Below are positions 37,782-51,330 of a stretch of DNA of 64,000 bases, piece after piece. Under the pieces are notes generated by a model that did no database searches, was not told the DNA's origin, and was given only the letters and a program-made list of their open reading frames with translations. The DNA comes from Octopus vulgaris (lineage: Eukaryota). Every line of letters begins with the position of its first letter. The first letter of the stretch is position 1. The position numbers were made by a program, and so were the translations under genes. The DNA lies in assembly GCA_951406725.2 (NCBI GenBank), contig OX597816.1, forward strand, positions 140,740,001 to 140,804,000. The letters run 5' to 3'.

Positions 37782-38854
37782 TTAAACAACAAAATATTCT
37801 ACTTGTTTTATGGTCAAACTAGCCAGATCTAACCTCTCACACCAACCCCCCAATGTCATTCTAAAAACAAATAGTTAGACCATCAACATTTCAAAGCTAC
37901 AAGATAATGCATGATTAATTCAAAACAATGTGAATAAATGAGCATTACATCTGACAAAGTAATGTGAATGCTTAAGGATCAAGGTCATTGTAGCAAAAGT
38001 CAGGTATTAATGAGAAATGAGCACACAAAACCTCAGAATTATCTAACAAGTGGCTTTGCTCAATATGTAGAAAACGAAAGGGTAAAACCTCTACACTGTT
38101 TACTCAGTTGAAGCAATTAGTATATAAAAAGAATGTAGTGGGATATCTGTCAGGCTGGCTAGGAAGTAGGACGTCAGATCTGATGAATACAAATACTAAA
38201 TGCATGCTTGAATGAGACTAAGAACTATTCAGATAGCTTGCAAGAATTGGTGATAGCTTTTGGGTGATCTAATTAGTGCTGAGTATGATTGGAGAGATAG
38301 TATATTAACTGGAGCAAGGCAGATATGGAAGTTTAGGGAAATGTTATCTATATTGACAAAAATTTTTTTTCTTTCTGTGCAAAAGACTTTGAAGCATATG
38401 TAAGGCGTGTTATACTACATGGGATATAAAAATTGAATGTGGAAGCTCTATAGAGGCTGATGAGAAAGGAGATGAATATACCTTTATTATCTTGCATGAA
38501 AGGCATATCATAAGCGAGTTGGTATTAATGGCATTAGTTGTTGTGTGCAAGGAAGACTACTGAGCTACTTTGGAGATGTGTTGTGAATGGATAGGAGTAC
38601 AGGGTGAAAAAGCATAAAGAAATGGTAAAATAAAACCTCAGAAATTTAGGCCTCATATTTGAGTTGACAAAACACTATGATAAATGGTAACATAGCACAC
38701 ATAAGACATACCCAATCTATGCTGACATGGAGAAGAATGAACATAGAAATAGCATTATTCAAAAGATGCAATTTAATAACAATTAATTCCAAAGTCTTAT
38801 TATTCTGTTGCATCGCACCTCTTAGTTATATTACATGCAATTAGTTGTGGAGAT

Positions 38855-39358
38855 CATCATCATCATCATCATCATCATCATTTAGCGTCCGTTTTCCATG
38901 CTAGCATGGGTTGGACGGTTCTGCTGTGGTCTGTGAAGCCAGAAGGCTTCATCAGGCCCAGTCAAATCTGGCAGTGTTTCTACGGCTGGATGCCCTTCCT
39001 AACGCCAACCACTCCGTGAGTGTAGTGGGTGCTTTTTACGTGCCACCCGCACTGGTGCCAGACAGAGCTGGCAAACGGCCATGAACGGATGGTGCTTTTT
39101 ATGTGCCACCGGCACGAGGGCCAGGCGAGGCTGGCAACGGACACGAAACGGGGCGGTGCTGGCAACGGTCGCGAAACGGAAAGTTCTCTTACATGCCACC
39201 GGCACTGGTAACACATCTGCAATTTCCATTGATCGATTTCCATTGATCGATTTCGATTCTGATCCTCACTTGCCTCAATGGGTCTTCACAAGCAGAGTTT
39301 CGACATGCCACCGGCACTGGTAGCACATCCGCAATTTCCATTGATCGATTTCGATTCA
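38855..39358 (-). mobile_element. RTE LINE 3' UTR (young, CpG-rich truncated copy) with a (GAT)n tail
   Basis: (cat)n, ccatgctagcatgggttggacgg, ctggatgcccttcctaacgccaaccac and repeated tttttacgtgccaccggcac units. Same family at 24068, 33760, 45100, 46680, 49720, 50730 and 59659. Confidence 0.8.
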
Positions 39359-39528
39359 TAATATTCAGAGGACTTGGACTAGTGGTTAAAGCAGAGAGTT
39401 TTTCAGAAAATCAAAATCAATATACATAAGTGAAATTGTAATACAAGATAAAAGCAGTTTCCCTGAAACACTGTTATAATATTAGTTCCCTGATCTCAGT
39501 GAAAGAATAATGATGCTAAAATGTTTAC

Positions 39529-39748
39529 CTGAGAAGCCCAAGTCTCCAAGAACAGCATATTTACGATGTTGTACACTGCTGATGTTATCAAATACTGCAT
39601 CAATGACCAAAAAGATAATGCAAGCAAGAAAAGCCAACACTCCTATAGCCGAACCAAATCGACACGCATTGGCATCATCGTTAAATTGGCATTTTTGAAG
39701 ATACCATCCTCCTGACGATATACAGCCAAATACCACCACTGAAAACAG
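39529..39748 (-). CDS. SYNGR: Synaptogyrin, internal exon (MARVEL TM1-TM3 start)
   Basis: ctattacag|CTG TTT TCA ... TTC TCA G|gtaaac. LFSVVVFGCI...CQFNDDANACRFGSAIGVLAFLACIIFLVIDAVFDNISSVQHRKYAVLGDLGFSG, with the conserved luminal cysteines. Confidence 0.93.
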
Positions 39749-40309
39749 CTGTAATAGAGACAAAACATGAATTTAGAGAACATAAAAATAAAATAAAACA
39801 TCTGTAAAAGTAAAAAGAGAACAATTATTATAATACCTGAAACAACTGGGGAGTATGATTAAAATGCGATTTAACTGTCAAAAATAACCCGCCTGAAATA
39901 GCCCGTTTTAAAGTGTTCATATCTAAATTGAATTGAAATATAGCTATAACTTCATGTAAAAACTTTTTATGTTCCAAACACCAAATTAATAATGATAAAG
40001 TTAGTTATTTTACTATATAGATTTTAGTTCCTTAGGAAAATTTTGATAAAGAATATCAAAAGAATTTTAGTCTTTTAGAAAATATCTAAAAAATAAAACA
40101 AGGAAATCTGTGGTTTGTCATCTAGTGTAACTAATGGATATGATACAAATTGGATTTGAATTAAGAAAACTATAACAAAACTAAAGTTATACAACAGCAT
40201 TCATAAATATACATATGAAGATGTTAAAAAAAAATGTAAGCTTATGTTCAGTGAAGGAAGTCATTATTATATAGTTTTAACAGAAGAGAGTTGCCATTTG
40301 ATACATTGT

Positions 40310-40690
40310 CTTTTATCTTTTACTTGTTTCAGTTATAGGAATGCAACCACCCTGGGGCACCACTTTCAAACAAATTGACCCCAGTACTTACATTTTTTTC
40401 TTTTTTGAAGTGCAGCACTTATTATATTAGTCTCTTTTGCTAAACTGCTAAGCTATGAAGACATAGACAAAGACCAATTGTCAAGTAGTAGTGACAGCAG
40501 GGTGACAAATACAGACAGAAAGACACAAACAAGCAACAAGCTGCCCCATGGTTTCTGCCTGCTAAATTCACTCAAAAGGAATTGGTCAGACTGGGGCTAT
40601 AGCAGAAGATACTTACTCAAGGTAACATGCAGTGAAACTGAACCAGAAATCACAAGGTTGCAAAGCAAGCTTCTTAACCACACAGCCATG
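40310..40690 (-). mobile_element. SINE family A, old copy
   Basis: ttttacttgtttcag tail through cttaaccacacagcca head. Further copies at 36460-36785, 59150-59510 and 63440-64000. Confidence 0.7.
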
Positions 40691-42737
40691 CTTATGACCA
40701 TACTAGATGATTTTAAGGTGCTGATGTTGCTAACAGATTGTGATTCTGATTTGATTTCATTTCACCATTCATTTTATGCAGCTTTGGTGGTGGAGGTGGA
40801 ATATGGACATCAATGGTGATAGGTGAACTTTTAAAAATCTTATACTTGCAATTGAGATTACAAAAGTTATGAGATTATATACCAGCTGATAGGGTGGCCT
40901 CTGGTGGTATTACCCACAGGGTCAGGCCCTTCTGTTGTTAGACAGTAACATTAATTACTAAATGCTCTTCACTTAACCTCTGAAAAAGAGCAGTCCAATT
41001 GTGCATAAGTGTAATAGGAATTGTGCCAATTCCTACTGCATTAAATAGAAAAAAAAAAATAGTGCAGTGGGAATTGGCATAAAAAGTATCTTCTGGAAGG
41101 AAGCCTAGTTTGAGTGCTTGCAATGGCCTGGACTCCACTAAAAGGTACCAAATAGTTAGTAGGCAATTTTGAACCAGGCAGTATGTTCCCACCTCTCCCA
41201 CTAAAAAAGTGCAGAAGCATCTCATTTATACACACAAAACAAACACAAAATGCAGTTGCACTGATTGACTTAATTTAGGAATAAAGTTATGGACAATTGT
41301 GATGATTAATAGTTGAATTCTTTTCATTAATTTAATTAAGGCAAGGAAGAAACCAAGAGGTTGAAACAGTTGCATAAAGTCTCAGGAAGTAACAACTACC
41401 TTTGTTGACAATAGATTAACAGATAATGGTCAAATGATGATAATATATAGCTACATCGAGAGAAGAATAAATTAATATTTTGAATGAAATATAGACTGGG
41501 TATGAAAAACATTGTTTAAAACAAAGAAAAAAGAGACAGGCAACAGCTGTTGAGATACAGTTTATGTCAGAGGCAAGTAGATATTGTGTTCAACAGAAAT
41601 TAGGTCCTTTGTTAAAAAAGGTAGGACCAAGAAATAGTACGACAACAGTTGTGTAAAGCTATGCTGATAAATGCTTGAAGGATGAGTAAAAAGCCTTTTG
41701 AAATTTGCAATTACATTAGACCAACACTAATTCTAAATTGGGAGCAAGAAACACTGTGTATAGGAAAGGAGGAGGTGAGACCAAATGCACACTGATCAAT
41801 CATCAGTCTCAAATCATAATGCCACAGTGGTGTTACTAGAGTCACTATAGTTCTGCAGTTCAATTCTTGCAGTAGTTTTGAAGGGATTGTTGTTTAGTGT
41901 TAGGTCAGCCTTGGTGGACAGATCTATGAGTAAAAGCATTCCTATCCATCTTTTTTTGGCATACAAGGCAACATTACTCAATGCACTCTTTTTTAAAGAC
42001 TAGATGATTCAAAGAAAATTTGACCATTAATTCTAGTAGATGAAGTAACCTATAGTGGCCTTCTAATAGGTTCTTGAGGTCTATCATAGAGGTGTTGCTA
42101 TGGTTACTGCAGTCCACTATTTAGGTCTTGTGGTTAGTATGTGGTCTGTCATGACAAGTTGTTGTTATGCAGTCCTAAGTCAGCCCAGTGTGCAAGTAGT
42201 TTACTGAATGATGAGATGTGACCTACAGATCCATGTTCCCAGTTAAACAAGTCTCTGTCTAGCTGAGGGCCATGCTTCCCATGATGACAGACAATGATAA
42301 ATCAGATGAGTAGTGTAACAAGTTGGATATACTACCCTCTTTCCACTGTCCAGTCTATTCCTGTGTGCCCAGAGATTCTACTAGTGACTGCAGCAGATGT
42401 AAGCAAAGTAGACTCAACAGAGGTGCAACAATTACTATTCCTCTGCATTCATTATTGGTTGTGTGTGTCTTAATGTTATTGATAGTGTAGCTTTTTCTGT
42501 GTGTATGTGTTTTCATGCCTGTCTGGGTAGAGAGAGAGATGGCATTATTTTAAGGAGTTGCTCTCATAGTGCTCCAGGGATGTTGTACATGTGGTTAGGT
42601 ATATCGAAGTGAATTTTCACTTAGTGACAGAGACTGAGTGGGGGAAGGTTTTGAAGCTTAATGCAACAACAACCTATACCCCTCAAGGTGGGCTTTCATT
42701 TTTAGTATTTTTGTTTTGTTTAGTGCACTGTTTCATG

Positions 42738-43676
42738 TTCATTATAATTTATTATTCTGATGAGTGAGACAACGGAGGGATTGAGAGAGAGGTTCTGGAA
42801 ATAGGTGTTTGAAAGCAAGGGTTTGACGGTAAACCTCGGGAAGACAAAGGTGATGGTGAATGGGGTGAAAGGAGAAGGGTAATGGCAAATGTGGTGTTGT
42901 GTATGAGAGGTGAGAAACGGATTCATGGTAGATGTACAAAAATGAAGGTAATCAAGACTGGCAAGAGTGTTTGTTTGTGGAAGATGTGAGAAAGGAGCTG
43001 GAGGGCTGGCAAAGTCACTGGAAATACTAAGTGACGAGGTGGAGACGGTGAGAGGGTTTTGTTATTTGGGAGATAGGGTGGATGTGAAGCAGCTGTGACA
43101 ACCAGAGTGAGACTTGACTGGGTAAAGTTCAGGGAATGTGGAGCGTTGTTATGTGGAAAAAAGTTTTCATTGAAGATGAAAGGAAAGGTCCATAGGAGTT
43201 GTGTGAGAGATGTAATGCTGTATGGGAATGAGACATGGTGTTTGAGGGAGAGAAAGATGGCAATTTTGAGAAGGACTGAGAGAGCAATAGTGAGGGAAAT
43301 GTGTGGGGTGAAGCTGTTTGATAAGAGGAGGACTGAGGACTTGATGGGGGATGCTGGGGCTGGAGGAGTCAGTGGAATGGCTGGCAAGGGCAAATGGAGT
43401 GTGGTGGTATGTGTTGAGGAGGGATGAGGAGCTTGTTCTGAAGAGGGTACTAGAGTTTGAGGTAAATGGATAATGAAAGCGAGGTAGACTGAGGAAAATG
43501 TGGAGGGGACAGGTGGAGGAGAAGATTGGGAGGGTTGGCTTGAGAAAGGAGGATGCCCAAAACTGGGCAAGATAGTGAGATGGTGTGAGGGTGGTTGCTT
43601 TGGCATTGAGGTAGATCCAGCCACCCCTGTTAGAGTGGACAAAACCTGGATTCAAAATGATGGATGATGATGATGT
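42738..43676 (+). mobile_element. 5'-truncated RTE LINE (ORF2 C-terminus, short 3' UTR, (GAT)n tail)
   Basis: KGLTVNLGKTKVMV, RVRLDWVKFRECGALL...KGKVHRSCVRDVMLYGNETW. Ends gatggatgatgatgat. Confidence 0.8.
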
Positions 43677-45099
43677 AGTGAAGTTGGGGACCCAAGTAAG
43701 ACTAATAGTCTATGATGGATCAAGTGTTTGTATACTGTTGTTGTAGTTTGTGTGGTGACCACATGCACGAGCATTTTACTTTCTTTTATGCTTGTGGTCC
43801 TCTACTATTTGTCTCCTGTTTGTGTGAGTGTGGTATGTTAAGTTGTTTAATATGAAATGAAGGTCGATTGTATTCTGGTGTAGCTTATAAGAAAGGAGAC
43901 AGCAGACTTGGTAAGTGTTTCTTTAAGCCTATTGTGGAACTGGAGTTTCAAGGTGATTTAAGTTGGAGTTGTTGTGCAACAGTGACTTGAGAAAGGCAAG
44001 GAAGCTGTGAATGTGACGTCATCTAAAAATGAAGCTGTATGCTTTGTGGAGGGGTGGGAAGGCTATTTTGGAGTAAGTTGCAAGACGTGAATGAGAGGAC
44101 AAATCTTGGTGATACTTTTATAGTGGTGTTACTACAATTCTCTGTTCAGACCTTACTGCCTTGAAGTGGTTTGTCCTGTCAGTGTTAGCCTCATGATTAG
44201 GCCACTGTAAGTACATATCCTTACAGAAATTAACAAAGTTTCACAATTTCACAATCAAGTTATTTGCAGGTATCCTTTGTATAAAGATGTGTGTTGCCAA
44301 ATTTGTTTAACCATCAGATGTTATGGACAATCCTTGGCTATCTATGAGAAAGGAATCTAAATTTTCCATCCCATTCTCACTTACATGATAAATCACCACA
44401 GACTGTATATATGAACATAATCCAACACTGATTCATTCTACCAGTATTTGGAAAATTAAAGACTTCAGTGTGCATATTGTAATATATCATACAGTTGCAT
44501 GCTGTAAGACATCACAATTTTTTGATAATACAAATTATCTAAAGGACACATGTACATTTTTACAATCAGTTGAGTAAACTTTGCTTTGATTATTGTAGCA
44601 AATTGGATCTTCTATATTATTTGAATATTCTGTTTCAAACCAGTATTTATAAACCATATCTTGTGTAATTATCACTGCACCATTCACAACTAAATAGAAA
44701 TAATGTAGGATAGAGAGAACTGTTAAAAAGTGCCAGGGACAACACAACTTCTGTAGAATGGTGAATGAAATCTGCTCTCTTATTTGTCTAAGAGAGCCAT
44801 TACTCCAAATAGGAACTGAATTGAACCGTAACTCATTCAAGCCATGCTAGCATGGAAAGTGGGCATAAAATGAAGATATTCTACCAACAAAATAAAAAGA
44901 GGTTTACTTTTTCCAACAAGAGAAACTGAAGTGAATTGGTATCTCAAACAGTTACAGTAAGGAAGGTTAACTGAAGAATATGCAATGATAATAACAATTG
45001 AAACAGTTATTTTGTATTCAAAAACAAAGGACTAAGATTATGGTGCTTTGCTCATAAAGACCACAGCAAAAGTGTTAAGACTGATCCTTCTGGTGGTGT

Positions 45100-45285
45100 A
45101 AAGCACTCATGCAGTGCCATGTAAAGTGCCTGTGCGGCATCATGTAAAAATGCCCATGTGGTGTCACGTAAAAGCTCCTGTGCAGTGTCATGTAAAAGCT
45201 CCTGTGTGGGGCCACATAAAAGTGCCTGTGCAGTGTCATGTAAAAGTGTCTGTGCAGTGTCATGTAAAAGTGCCACGTAAAAGCA
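45100..45285 (+). repeat. 24-bp minisatellite within an RTE 3' UTR
   Basis: About 7 diverged units of cctgtgcagtgtcatgtaaaagtg. Confidence 0.8.
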
Positions 45286-47694
45286 CCTAACACAGTCTGT
45301 GAAGTGGTTTGCATTAGGAAGGGCATCCAGCCACAGAAACCATGCCAAATCTGACTGGAGACTGATGCAGGCCTCCAGCTTGCCAGTTCTGATCACACTG
45401 TCCAATCCATACCAGCATGGATAATAGATGTATGATGATGATGGTTCAGTGATAAACAAAGAATGGGTCTTTACGTGATTACTTAACTTGCCAGAAATAG
45501 CTGCCAAATCATCCTAAATTCACATCATATCTTTAACAACAAAGGCTAAATTGTACACAGTCCTGAGCTTTAAAAAAAAAAGACTAAGATAGACAAGGCT
45601 AGAAAACCTTTGATCAGGTTTGCCTGATAGAGACTGGGGCCAGACTAAACAATAGAGTGAATAATAAAAGTTAAAACCAAAGAAAATTTACATACTATGC
45701 TAATTTTTAATGCTTTTCCATTGGAGGAATTAAAAGAGAGTAAAGAAATTAAACAATATTGAAGTTTTAAAACAATACAGTAGTTAAAAAGAATTGATAT
45801 TTATGAAACAAAAAATCAATAACAAAAAATAAACAAACTAATAATACTACTAAGTAGAATTATATATTTTGCTATATAATTCAACTGTTTTTAAAGTCAG
45901 TCTAACTTACACACCACTAGATCATAAATTCAACTCAGAATGTTCATCAGTGAAAAAGGAACTTACTCATTAGATTAATTACAGACTCTTTTCAGTTTAC
46001 ATACCAGTGGAATCTGTTCTTTTTTTTACCCCCTCTTTTTCATTTGTTGGCTATGAGAGAGATTGTTGAATATGGTGAAGTGTTGATTATAGGTCAACGA
46101 TAACAACATGAAATAGTCAATGTAGCCTAAAAAAATTAGGATGGTTAGGATAAAAAAAGACAAAGTGATATCCTGAAAAATTTCAGTGTTGAAATTATGG
46201 TGCATTTTTTTCTGTTTTATATGTGTCGAATGGAGTTTACATATACAAACATTTATAAACTGTGCAAGCAAACATGATTAATTGCAGGATATACTTTCTA
46301 TCTATGACACACATTAGCACATATTTTTCAGCTAGACACATCAGGTCATGTCGACTGGTGTATGTAATCATGGGAACACATCACAACAGCTACTGCAGGG
46401 GCCGAACAATTATTTCTATGTCAAAGGTTTATCAATATTTATAATATAAAGTGGAAAGCTGGCAGTATCATTAGCATATCAGGCAAAATGCTTTGCAGCA
46501 TTTCATCCGTCTTCACATTCTGAGTTCAATTCTGCCAAGGTTGACTTTGCCTTTCATCCTTTTGGGGTTAACACTAGGCTTGATGTAATCAACTTACCCC
46601 TCTCCCAAAATTGCTGACCCTGTGCCAAAATTTGAAACCATTATTTAAGCTAAGTAAAATTGATGTCATCCATATATACAGGCTTGTCCTTTACAGGTGC
46701 TGATGCCACATAAAATGCACTCATGTCAGTGTCACATAAAAAGCCCCCATGCTGGTGGTGTGTAATATGCATCCAGCACACTCTGCAAAGTGGTTGGCAT
46801 TAGGAAGAGCATCTAGCAATAAAAACCATGGTACAACAGACAACTGGAGTCTGGACAGCTCCCATCAAACCATCCAACCCATGCTAGCATAGAAAATGGA
46901 TGTTAAACAATGATGATGATGATGATGATGAAATAAGGTGGTGAGCTGGCAGAATCATTAGCACACCAGGCAAAATGCTTAGCAGCATTTCATCTGTCTT
47001 CCCATTCTGAGTTCAAATTCTGCCAAGGTTGACTTTGCTTTTCATGCTTTTGGGGTCGATAAAATAAGAACACTGGGATTGATGCAATCGAGCCCCACCC
47101 CCGCCCAAAAAAACTGAAACCAATATTTTTAATATAAATCAAGTGAGATGTAAATATGCATGTTTAGGACAGAACCTCTAGTCTAATCATGAGAGAGAGA
47201 GAGTGTGTGATTATTAAACATATAATAATAAAAAGTGAGAGATAAAAGCACAACAATTGGTCCTGCCACACCGTGCCACATGAACAAATATGTAAAGATC
47301 AGACAACATATCATATGACCAACTGTCAAGAGATGGTATCAAAGTGATATTTGTTTGTGATATGTATTTTTATATGTCAGTTAATATTTTGATGTACATT
47401 CTTTAGTTTGTTTTAGTTATCACAACTTAGAAAAGGAAATGGTGTTGTTCCACTATTACCAATGGTATAAAGTGACCCTATAAATTTAGTAACTACATGA
47501 ATGTGTTTGAATGTGTCTGCAGTGTGACTACACTGGAAACAATGATGTCATAAATTTAATCTGTAAAATATGGGAAGAAAAAAAGAAAAAGCAGAATTAT
47601 TATATTTGATATATAAGAGGCTGAACAACCCTCCCCAAAATCTAGTTAAAATTTCTTGTAGTGGTGACACTAATGAAAATAGGGCTGTGTTGAT

Positions 47695-47779
47695 AGTGTT
47701 TATATCATAGTCCAAGCCTACAGGAATATCCAAACTAAGTTTGGATATTCCTGTAGGCTTGGACTATGATATAAACACT
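47695..47779. repeat. Perfect palindrome, 42-bp arms with a 1-nt spacer
   Basis: agtgtttatatcatagtccaagcctacaggaatatccaaact-a-agtttggatattcctgtaggcttggactatgatataaacact. Confidence 0.97.
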
Positions 47780-47929
47780 GCAAGCAAAGAAAGTATATGC
47801 CAGTTTTGTACTCCAGGCACAGTAATAGGATTAAATGTTATCTACTTGCAACTAGGTGGACAAAGTCAATATAAATTAAGGTTCTAACAGAACATGCATG
47901 TTTAAGAGGAGATAAATATTACCTCTTGG

Positions 47930-49888
47930 TTGAACCAATTGAGGGAGCAGCTACCTAAATTGACAATACCTTATTAGATAACGTAATTAAGGATATGAAG
48001 ACAGGGAAAGCCTCTGGTTCATCAGGAATCACTGCTGAGATGCTTAAGATATCTGATGGTGTGGGTTATGGTCAAGTCACCTATATTGTAAATCAGTCAT
48101 CCACAAAGGAGTCATACCAAATGACTGGTGTAGCAGCACCACAGTCAACTGCTACAAAGACAAAGGTGATGCCTTAGACAGAAATAATTACAGAGGTATA
48201 AAATTGTTGGATCAGGTGATGAAAGTTATGGAGAGAGTCACAGCCCAACAAATTAGGGAGTTAGCCTAGATAAGATGCAATTTGGTTTTGAGCCAGGGAG
48301 AAGCACTATTGATGCTGTATTTCTGGTATGACAGTTGCAGGAGAAATACCTAGTCAAAGATGAACCTCTGCACTTGGCCTTTGCTGACTTGGAGAAAGCC
48401 TTTGACAGGGTCCCCTGATCCCTTATCCGATGGTCAATGAGGAAACTAGGAACAGATGAGTGATTGGTGAGAGCTGTACAAGCCATGTACAGGAATGCTA
48501 CCTTTAGGTTATGGGTTGGCAATGAGCATAGCAAAGAATTCAGAGTACAAGTAGGGGTTCACCAAGGATCAGTGCTCAGCCCCCTCTTGTTCATCATAGT
48601 CCTCCAGGTAATAAGAGAGGAATTTAAGACAGGCTGCCCTTGTTGATGACTTTGCTCTGAAAGTTGAATCACTACCAGAACGAGAGAAGTTCCAGGTATG
48701 GAAGCAACGTCTAGAATCGAAGGGACTTAGAGTCAACCTAGCAAAAAGCAGTCTTGGTAAGTAGGAAGACAGACAAATCACAAATCCCTTCAGGTAGATG
48801 GCCCTGCTCAATCTGTAGAAAAGGCGGAAGATGCACAGGTACAATATATGCAGAAAATAGACTCCATGAACTGCCAGGGGAAAAACTAGAGGTAGTAAGG
48901 TAGCTTCCATTTTCTAGGTGACCAAGTTGGTAGTAGAGGTGGATGCTCTGAGAGTGTAGCTGTGAGAATAAGATTAGGCTGGGCAAAGTTCAGAGAGTTC
49001 CTACCCCTGCTGGCAACAAAGATCCTCTCTCTTAAAGTGAAAGGCAGTTTGTATGATGCCTGTGTGTGAACAGCCATGCTACATGGTAGTGAAACATTGG
49101 TTGTGACACCCAAGAACATGTGTAGACTTGAAAGAAACGAAGCCAGTATGCTTCACTAGATGTGCAGTGTTAGCGTGCATGTTTGACAGAGTGTAAGCAT
49201 CGGGAGGGAAAAGTTAGGTAGAAGAGGCATCAAATGTGGTGTGCAAGAGATGACTATACTGGTATGGTCATGTAATGTGTATGGACAAGGACAGCTGTGT
49301 AAAGAAATGCTGATCTCTAATTGTTGAGGGAACTTGTGGGAGAGGTAGACCCAGGAAAACATGGAATGAAGTGGCGAAGCATGATCTTTGAACTTTGAGC
49401 CTCACAGAGGCAATGACTAGTGACTGAAACCTTTGGCGATATGCTGTGCTTGAGAAGACCTGTCAAGCCAAGTGAAATTGTAGTCATGGCTGATGTTGGC
49501 GTCACATAACTGGCACCCATGCCAGTGGCATGGAAAGAACACCGTTCAAGCATTGGGCCTCATGGAGAAAAAGTGGCTGAGTTCCTTTCAAGCATTGGGC
49601 CTCATGGAGACAATGATCAAGACCACTGGCATTATGTTGTGCTTGAGAAGAAGACCCATCAAGCCAAGCAAAATTGTAGTCATAGCAGATACCAGTATCA
49701 TACAAATGGCACCCATGCCAGTGGAATGTAAAAGCACCCATTACACTCTCAGAGTGGTTGGCATTAGGAAGGGCATCCAGCTGTAGAAAACCATACCAAA
49801 TGAGTTTGGTGTAGCCTCCCAGCTTACCAGCCCTGGTCAAACCATCTAACACATGCCAGCATGGACAACAGATGTTAGATGATGATGG
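47930..49888 (+). mobile_element. RTE LINE, RT domain to 3' end, degenerate
   Basis: MKTGKASGSSGITAEMLK, QFGFEPGRSTIDAVF, LAFADLEKAFDRVP, GVHQGSVLSPLLFIIVL, GRGRPRKTW, then the 3' UTR motifs and a (GAT)n tail. Confidence 0.88.
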
Positions 49889-51330
49889 TACTAATACTGC
49901 CTTTGTTGCTAATAAATATTTTTAACAAGCTCACTGACTAATCGTGACACCAGCACCTGTTCTGGCACTGTTGATTTATATATCACTGGTAAGAAAATGA
50001 ATTGCTGCTATCTTTAGCATTCAAGTGTCCATCATTGACAAGATCAAGGAAGGTCAAAATCACATGAACTAGTGATCTCAGTACTAGAGGTGGTGGGGTT
50101 CATCTCTCCACTAGCAATATAAACAAGAGTGCATTTGCATCAAAAGTCAATATGAGAGTTTCTTTCATGATAACTACTGCAGTATAGTTTGTTCTAACAA
50201 AACACCCCATGTTTAAATGGGGACAAATTAAAGTATCTTTTACACTAATATATTATAGTGCTGGTGACAGGATGTGAATTTGTGATAGATATTAAAAGCA
50301 AACCATGGAGTGGAAAACTGATATTTTAATTGTACTTTCTGAATTCTTTCATTTTCATGGAGAGAAAACATTTAGAATGGAACCAAAAGAAATAATAAAA
50401 CCATGATACTAATTATGCCATCTTGATTATAAGAAATTTTTGAAAGAAAATTATTTGTTCCTAACACTGAAATTCTATTTTCTTATTGTTAATTAATGTT
50501 CTCATTTCTATTCTTATGTTGTTGAATTACAACATTCGATTTTGTTTCTCTGCACATACAAAATCACTAGTAAAGACAGTCTGTTGGAATATCTATTGCC
50601 TTCTCATTCAGATTACTCTGTCAAATGTAATGCTTAGTTATTCACATTATTCTGCGTTAGTTTATACCTTCAAGATTTCTATGACATGATTGTTTATTTT
50701 TATAATGACATTGTAGGAGGCACAAGCACTTACACTCTGCTGGGTGGTTGATGTTAGGAAGCACATCCAGCTGTAAAATCCTTGCCAAAACAGGCACAGA
50801 AGCTTGATGCAGGTTCCTGCCTGGCCAGCTCCTGTCCAACCCATGCCAGCATGGAAGGAGGTCATTAAATGATGATGATTGTAGGGTAGATGTGAGAGAT
50901 CAAACCTGGCTGGTTTGAACATAAAATTGGAAAATATTTAGGCTGGATATGGCCAGTTTAAATGCTAAATAGTTAATATTACTATTTGAGTACATACACA
51001 GCTATATTAAAAGGTTTCTTTACAGTTCTGTAAATCCAGGTTCAATCCCACTGCACAGCACCTTGACAAGTGTCTTTTACTATAAACTCAGGTTGACTAG
51101 TTATCATGTGTGTATAAAATGTTAAACTGATACTAAGTGCAGCAAACAATGTGAATATCAAAAAACCAAGAAACTGGTGTTTTTCAAATAGTCTCTTGTG
51201 ATATTTATTCTACATCAAATTTACACACCTTTTCTTGTCACTCTTGCTGTAAGAAATGCAGTGGACCAGTGATCAATCCATCAGAATAATGCTACTATTC
51301 ATTAGTTGTAATATATAATCTATCTATCAA

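Noticed and set aside
42923-43655. 239-aa and 162-aa Pro/Ser-rich minus-strand ORFs
   Set aside because: Antisense readings of a purine-rich RTE fragment.
45100-45285. CRISPR-like regularly spaced repeats (also 39020-39330 and 59828-59980)
   Set aside because: The units are contiguous or their spacers are homologous to each other, they lie in an RTE 3' UTR, the context is eukaryotic and there are no cas genes.
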